Below are positions 59,969 to 64,000 of a stretch of DNA of 64,000 nt, one piece after another. Position 1 is the stretch's first letter; every line of letters begins with the position of its first letter. This stretch comes from an uncultured Acidobacteriota bacterium (GTDB lineage: Bacteria > Acidobacteriota > Vicinamibacteria > Vicinamibacterales > 2-12-FULL-66-21): contig CAWBCA010000013.1 of NCBI GenBank assembly GCA_963787175.1, positions 394,008 to 458,007 of the forward strand. The letters run 5' to 3'. The position numbers and the translations under genes are program-made. The notes beneath the pieces were generated by a model. The model saw nothing but the letters and a program-made list of their open reading frames with translations. It searched no databases and was not told where the DNA came from.

Positions 59969-60018
59969 AGACGGACGGACAGGTCGCGGGACAGGGAACA
60001 CGGAACAAGGCGACACGG

Positions 60019-60126
60019 GGATCCGGGATCGGGGATCCGGGGTCGGCGCTCGGCGCTCGGGGTTCGGCGTTCGGATCCAATGCTCGGCGTTCGGGGTTCG
60101 CGGCTCGGCATTCGGATCCCGGATCC
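60019..60126. repeat. Degenerate TCGGNNN heptamer array (about 10 units) framed by five GGATCC palindromes, ALDH|FAH spacer
   Basis: GGATCCGGGATCGGGGATCCGGGG TCGGCGC TCGGCGC TCGGGGT TCGGCGT TCGGATCCAATGC TCGGCGT TCGGGGT TCGCGGC TCGGCAT TCGGATCCCGGATCC. 18 nt are identical to 38319-38336. Confidence 0.85.
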
Positions 60127-60158
60127 TGACTCGAGTCCCTTACAACACAGGAAGCACT

Positions 60159-60989
60159 ATGCGATTGTTCCACGTGCCGGGCGCGGTGCTGGTGGAGTCC
60201 GACGGGCGTTGGTTCCGGCTGCCCGGCGAGACATGGGACACGGTCGTGAACCGGGACGACCTGCACGAGTGGGTCGCCGGACGCACGACCGAGATGACCG
60301 TGATCGAGGGTACGCCCGACATGAGCGGGCTCCTCGCCCCCGTCGGTGCGCAGGAAGTGTGGGCCGCCGGCGTCACCTACTTCCGCAGCCGGACGGCGCG
60401 CATGGAAGAGTCGAAATCTGCAGGTGGCGGCGACTTCTACGATCGCGTCTACGACGCGGCGCGGCCCGAGCTGTTCTTCAAGGCGACCGCCCACCGCGTG
60501 CGCGGCCATCGCCAGCCGGTGCGCATTCGCGGCGACTCGCGGTGGAACGTGCCGGAACCGGAATTGGCGCTCATGGTCAGCTCCGGCGGGGCCGTCGTCG
60601 GATACACGATTGGCAACGACATGAGCTCTCGCGACATCGAGGGAGAGAACCCCCTCTATCTGCCGCAGGCCAAGGTCTATGACGGCAGCTGCGCGCTCGG
60701 CCCGGGCCTGCTCGTCACCCCGGCGCCCCTCCCGCCGGAAACGGCGGTGCAGCTCGCGATCCGGCGCGAGGGCGGACCGGTGTTCGAGGGAGCGACGACG
60801 CTGGCATCGATGAAGCGGAAGCCGTCAGAGCTCGTCGGCTACTTGTACAGGGACAACAGCTTCCCGCACGGCTGCGTGCTGCTCACGGGGACCGGCATCG
60901 TGCCCCCTGATGAATTCACGCTCGCCGCCGGGGACGAGATCGCCATCACCATCGAGCCGATCGGCACGCTGGTGAACGTGGTCGCCTGA
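60159..60989 (+). CDS. Fumarylacetoacetate hydrolase family protein, 2-keto-3-deoxy-pentonate dehydratase (KdaD/XylX)-like
   Basis: [35 protein letters not shown] and [23 protein letters not shown] resemble archaeal KdaD as I remember it. Confidence 0.7.
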   Translation: MRLFHVPGAVLVESDGRWFRLPGETWDTVVNRDDLHEWVAGRTTEMTVIEGTPDMSGLLAPVGAQEVWAAGVTYFRSRTARMEESKSAGGGDFYDRVYDAARPELFFKATAHRVRGHRQPVRIRGDSRWNVPEPELALMVSSGGAVVGYTIGNDMSSRDIEGENPLYLPQAKVYDGSCALGPGLLVTPAPLPPETAVQLAIRREGGPVFEGATTLASMKRKPSELVGYLYRDNSFPHGCVLLTGTGIVPPDEFTLAAGDEIAITIEPIGTLVNVVA

Positions 60990-61061
60990 ATCGTCGCGGC
61001 CGGGGTCCCGCGTCCCTCCCAACCCGGGGGACCCGGTCCGGCGGGAGATGCGGAGGCAGAG

Positions 61062-61448
61062 GTGGGACGACGGCTGATCAGCTCGGGTTCGACGTTCGAA
61101 AAGGAGATTGGATACTCCCGCGCCGTGGTGGACGGCGACATGGTGTTCGTCTCGGGAACCACCGGTTACGACTACAAGACCATGACGATCTCGGAGGACC
61201 TGGCCGAGCAGACCGAGCAGTGCCTGCGGAACATCGACGTGGCGCTCGCCGAGGCGGGAGCGAGCTCGAGGGATATCGTCCGTGTGATGTACGTCCTTCC
61301 CGACGCCAGCGAGTTCAGGCGGTGCTGGCCGATCCTGCGCAGGTACTTCGGCGAGATCCGGCCCGCGGCCACGATGATCTCGGCCGGGCTGACCGACGCC
61401 CGGATGCGTATCGAAATCGAAGTCACGGCACGGCTGCAGCGCGGCTGA
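61062..61448 (+). CDS. ridA: RidA/YjgF/TdcF family protein (GTG start)
   Basis: GYSRAVVDGDMVFVSGTTG...AEQTEQCLRNIDVALAEAGASSRDIVRV...IEIEVTA. Confidence 0.8.
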   Translation: MGRRLISSGSTFEKEIGYSRAVVDGDMVFVSGTTGYDYKTMTISEDLAEQTEQCLRNIDVALAEAGASSRDIVRVMYVLPDASEFRRCWPILRRYFGEIRPAATMISAGLTDARMRIEIEVTARLQRG

Positions 61449-61538
61449 GATCGCGCGGCGGCAGATGTCCGCCGCCCAGGCGGCCATGCTGCCTGTTCTC
61501 CGCTGCCTCGCCCGTGGTATCGTGCGCCGACTCAGGTC

Positions 61539-62877
61539 ATGCACGACCAGGACGCGATCCGCCGCCGGCTCGTCATCGACCGCGTTACGCGACGGATCAT
61601 CCCGTTCCTCTTCCTCAGCTACGTGGTCGCCTACATCGATCGCGTGAACATCGGCTTCGCCTCGGGTGCACTGCAGCGCGACCTCGGGCTGACCGCGACG
61701 CAATACGGCATCGGCGCCGGGCTGTTCTTCCTCGGCTACTGCGTCTTCGAGGTACCCAGCAACCTGATCCTGGATCGCGTCGGCGCACGGCGCTGGATCG
61801 CGCGGATCATGATTGGCTGGGGGCTCTGCTCGATCGCGACCATGTTCATCACCGACGTGCGATCCTTTTATGCCGCGCGCATCGTGCTGGGCATCGCGGA
61901 GGCAGGCTTCTTCCCGGGCGTGGTGCTCTACCTCACTTACTGGATCCCGTCGGCCGAGCGCGCGCGCACCGGCGCGCTCTTCATGATGGCCGCGCCGGTC
62001 GCGATCATCGTCGGCGCGCCGGTGTCGGAGGCCATCCTCCGCCTCGATGGCCGGCTCGGCCTGCACGGGTGGCAATGGCTCTTCGCGCTGGAGGGGTTGC
62101 CCGCCGTGGTGCTGGGCTTCGTGGCGCTGCGTGTGCTCACCGATCGCCCGGAGCAGGCCTCGTGGCTGCCGGCTGCCGACCGCGAGTGGCTCTCCCGCAC
62201 GATGAGCGAGGAGCGCGCGCGCCGCAGCGCGACGGGCCACGTGTCGATTCTGCACAGCCTCGCCAGCGGACGTGTGTGGCTGCTCTGCGCCGTGTACTTC
62301 CTGAACACGTCCGTGACCTATGGGATCTTCCTCTGGCTGCCCAGGATGCTGGCGGAGGCCTCGGGCTCCAGCGGGTTCGGGCTCAGTACCCTGACGTCCA
62401 TCCCGTTCGTGGCGGCGCTCATCGCGATGGTGGTGATCGGCCGTCACTCGGATCGCACGGGCGAGCGCAAGATGCACGTCGCGGCCTGTGCGGTCACGGC
62501 GGCGACCGGGCTCCTTCTCGCGGTGGCCTTCCGGGACAACGTGTGGCTGCTGGTCCTGAGCTTCACGCTCTCGCAGATGGGTCAGCGCTCCGTCATGAGC
62601 GTGTTCTGGGCCATACCGCCGATGGTGCTCGGGGGGACCGCCGCCGCCGCCGGCATCGGGCTCATCAACGCTGTCGGCAACCTCGGAGGGTTCTTCGGCC
62701 CCTCGATCATGGGGACGCCTCCGGGATCTCACCGGAGGCTACACCGGCGGGCTGCTCGTGCTGTCGGTGGTCCTGGTGCTCGAGGCCGCCCTGGTGCTCA
62801 GCCTGCGGCTGCCATCGCAGACCGCGCAGCCGGCGGTGGGGCTGGGCGGCGCCGCCGCCCCGGTGCCGAGGACCTGA
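61539..62877 (+). CDS. MFS transporter, anion:cation symporter (tartrate/galactonate-type); one frame break near 62712
   Basis: Hand translation gives MHDQDAIRRRLVIDRVTRRIIPFLFLSYVVAYIDRVNIGFA...GIAEAGFFPGVVLYLTYW... with 12 TM-like segments. It is missing from the ORF track because that frame has no stop before the window end. Confidence 0.8.
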
Positions 62878-62934
62878 GCGCCACTCTTTCACGCTCTCCG
62901 TCCGTGCCGCGGCGACAGGGGAGCGGAGGTTTTC

Positions 62935-63876
62935 GTGACACTACCGACATCCACCACGATTACGACGACGCATCTCGCAGGCGTGTTCGCCGTGCCGCCG
63001 CTGCCGCGGCAGCGCGACGCGCGCCGCAGCCTGGACCTCGATGCCGCGGAGGCTGTCGCGCGGCACATCGAAGCGGGCGGCATCACGCGATACCTCTACG
63101 GGGGAAACGCCTTCCTGTACCACATCACGCTGGACGAGTTCGACGTGCTGCTGGGCTGGCTTGCCGCGTTTCCAGCGACCCGGTGGGCGATTCCCAGCCT
63201 CGGCCCGTCCTTCGGTCGCGCCCTCGATCAGGCACGGCTGCTCCGGCGTCATCCGTTCCGCTGCGCGATGATGCTCCCCTGCGGCGACCCGCGCGATCCC
63301 GCCGGAATCGAGCAGGGGATGCGAGAGATTGCCGACGCCGCAGGCGTTCCGCTCATCCTCTATCTCAAGTCCGAAGACAGCTTCGGCGCCGAACGCGAAG
63401 CGGGGCTCGACGCCGTGGCGCGGTTGATCGCCGACGGCGTGGCGGTCGCCATCAAATATGCGGTCGTCCGCGACGACCCGGGGCAGGACGCCTACCTCGA
63501 GGGCCTGCTGCACCGCGTGGAGCGCGGGCGGGTGGTGAGCGGCGTGGGCGAGCGTCCGGCCGTCGTGCATCTCCGGGACTTCCACCTCGATGGCTTCACC
63601 ACCGGCTCCGGCTGCGTGGCGCCCCACACCTGCAGCCGGCTGCTGGCCGCCTGTCAGGCGGGCGAGTGGAGCGCGGCGGAGGAACTGCGGGCGCGGTTCA
63701 TGCCGCTCGAAGATCTCCGCGACGCGTGGGGCCCTGCCCGTGTCCTCCACCATGCGACCGAACTGGCCGGCATCGCCACGACCGGGCCCATCCCGCCGTT
63801 CGTGTCGGCGCTGACCGGGCCCGAACTGGAACGGCTGGCTCCCGTGGCACGGGCGCTCGCGGAGCAGCCGGCATGA
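62935..63876 (+). CDS. Dihydrodipicolinate synthase/N-acetylneuraminate lyase (DapA-like class I aldolase) family protein (GTG start)
   Basis: TIM-barrel-like pattern VFAVPPLP...YLYGGNAF... with Lys in VAIKYA. GGAGCGGAGG Shine-Dalgarno. The family call is moderate. Confidence 0.55.
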   Translation: MTLPTSTTITTTHLAGVFAVPPLPRQRDARRSLDLDAAEAVARHIEAGGITRYLYGGNAFLYHITLDEFDVLLGWLAAFPATRWAIPSLGPSFGRALDQARLLRRHPFRCAMMLPCGDPRDPAGIEQGMREIADAAGVPLILYLKSEDSFGAEREAGLDAVARLIADGVAVAIKYAVVRDDPGQDAYLEGLLHRVERGRVVSGVGERPAVVHLRDFHLDGFTTGSGCVAPHTCSRLLAACQAGEWSAAEELRARFMPLEDLRDAWGPARVLHHATELAGIATTGPIPPFVSALTGPELERLAPVARALAEQPA

Positions 63877-64000
63877 GCCGCCCGCGACGCGACGTGGCCG
63901 ACCTCCGCAGCCACCGCTGGTTCGGCAAGGACGACCTGCGATCCTTCGGCCACCGCTCGCGGGCCAAGCAGGCGGGCTTCAGCCTCGAGGACATCTCGGG
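63873..64000 (+). CDS. IlvD/Edd family dehydratase (sugar-acid/pentonate dehydratase-like), 5' end only, runs off the right edge
   Basis: MSRPRRDVADLRSHRWFGKDDLRSFGHRSRAKQAGFSLEDIS matches the N-terminal signature of IlvD/Edd dehydratases. The ATG overlaps the upstream TGA (ATGA). Confidence 0.65.
   Translation, partial: MSRPRRDVADLRSHRWFGKDDLRSFGHRSRAKQAGFSLEDIS

Noticed and set aside
38464-64000. The accessory right-hand 26 kb as a horizontally acquired genomic island
   Set aside because: There is no integrase, transposase, flanking direct repeats or tRNA at the junction. Base composition and codon style look the same as in the core part by eye. The same heptamer repeat families occur on both sides (38314 and 60039; 53304 and 11018).

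Overview
High-GC bacterial chromosomal segment. The EF-Tu sequence, a Cys-rich insertion in RpoB and a DUF1592/DUF1552 pair suggest Acidobacteriota or a neighbouring phylum, but I cannot verify that here.

The left ~38 kb is conserved housekeeping, almost all on the + strand:
- csp and purH
- an LPS-core/O-antigen block (GT39, O-antigen ligase, GT9 heptosyltransferase, Trm112)
- TPR / LolB-like / ispE, then tRNA-Gln
- prs-rplY-pth
- rpsF-rpsR-rplI-dnaB-alr
- radA, PIN/TRAM protein, plsC, ispDF, gltX, rlmB
- tRNA Thr-Tyr-Gly-Thr
- tuf, rpmG, tRNA-Trp, secE, nusG, rplKAJL, rpoBC, ending in a strong intrinsic terminator

The right ~26 kb is accessory:
- a lipoprotein and a beta-barrel OMP
- DUF2277
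- a secreted hydrolase / oxidoreductase / nagB-nagA block
- ybjQ
- DPP-IV plus three tandem esterase paralogues (the last fused to an SMP-30/gluconolactonase propeller)
- cutC
- a DUF1592/DUF1552 pair
- a hemerythrin with a histone-H1-like tail
- a pentonate (Weimberg-type) oxidation cluster running off the right edge

I saw no rRNA, CRISPR, transposase, integrase or phage genes.

Major caveat: about 40 single-base frame breaks interrupt clearly essential genes (rpoB, rpoC, tuf, dnaB, alr, radA and others). I read these as assembly indels, not pseudogenes, so CDS coordinates for those genes are merged across frames.

Most interesting non-coding signals:
- A family of heptamer-periodic, hairpin-forming intergenic repeats (GCTTCCN / NGGNAGC arms) fills almost every spacer of the ribosomal-protein/rpoBC cluster.
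- A second heptamer family (CGAGCGC) has perfect 19-nt inverted copies that bracket rpoB-rpoC exactly.

No convincing novel multi-gene system such as a defence system was found. The ORF track omits ORFs shorter than 60 aa (rpmG) and ORFs that never reach a stop inside the window (the MFS transporter frame and ilvD/edd-like start).
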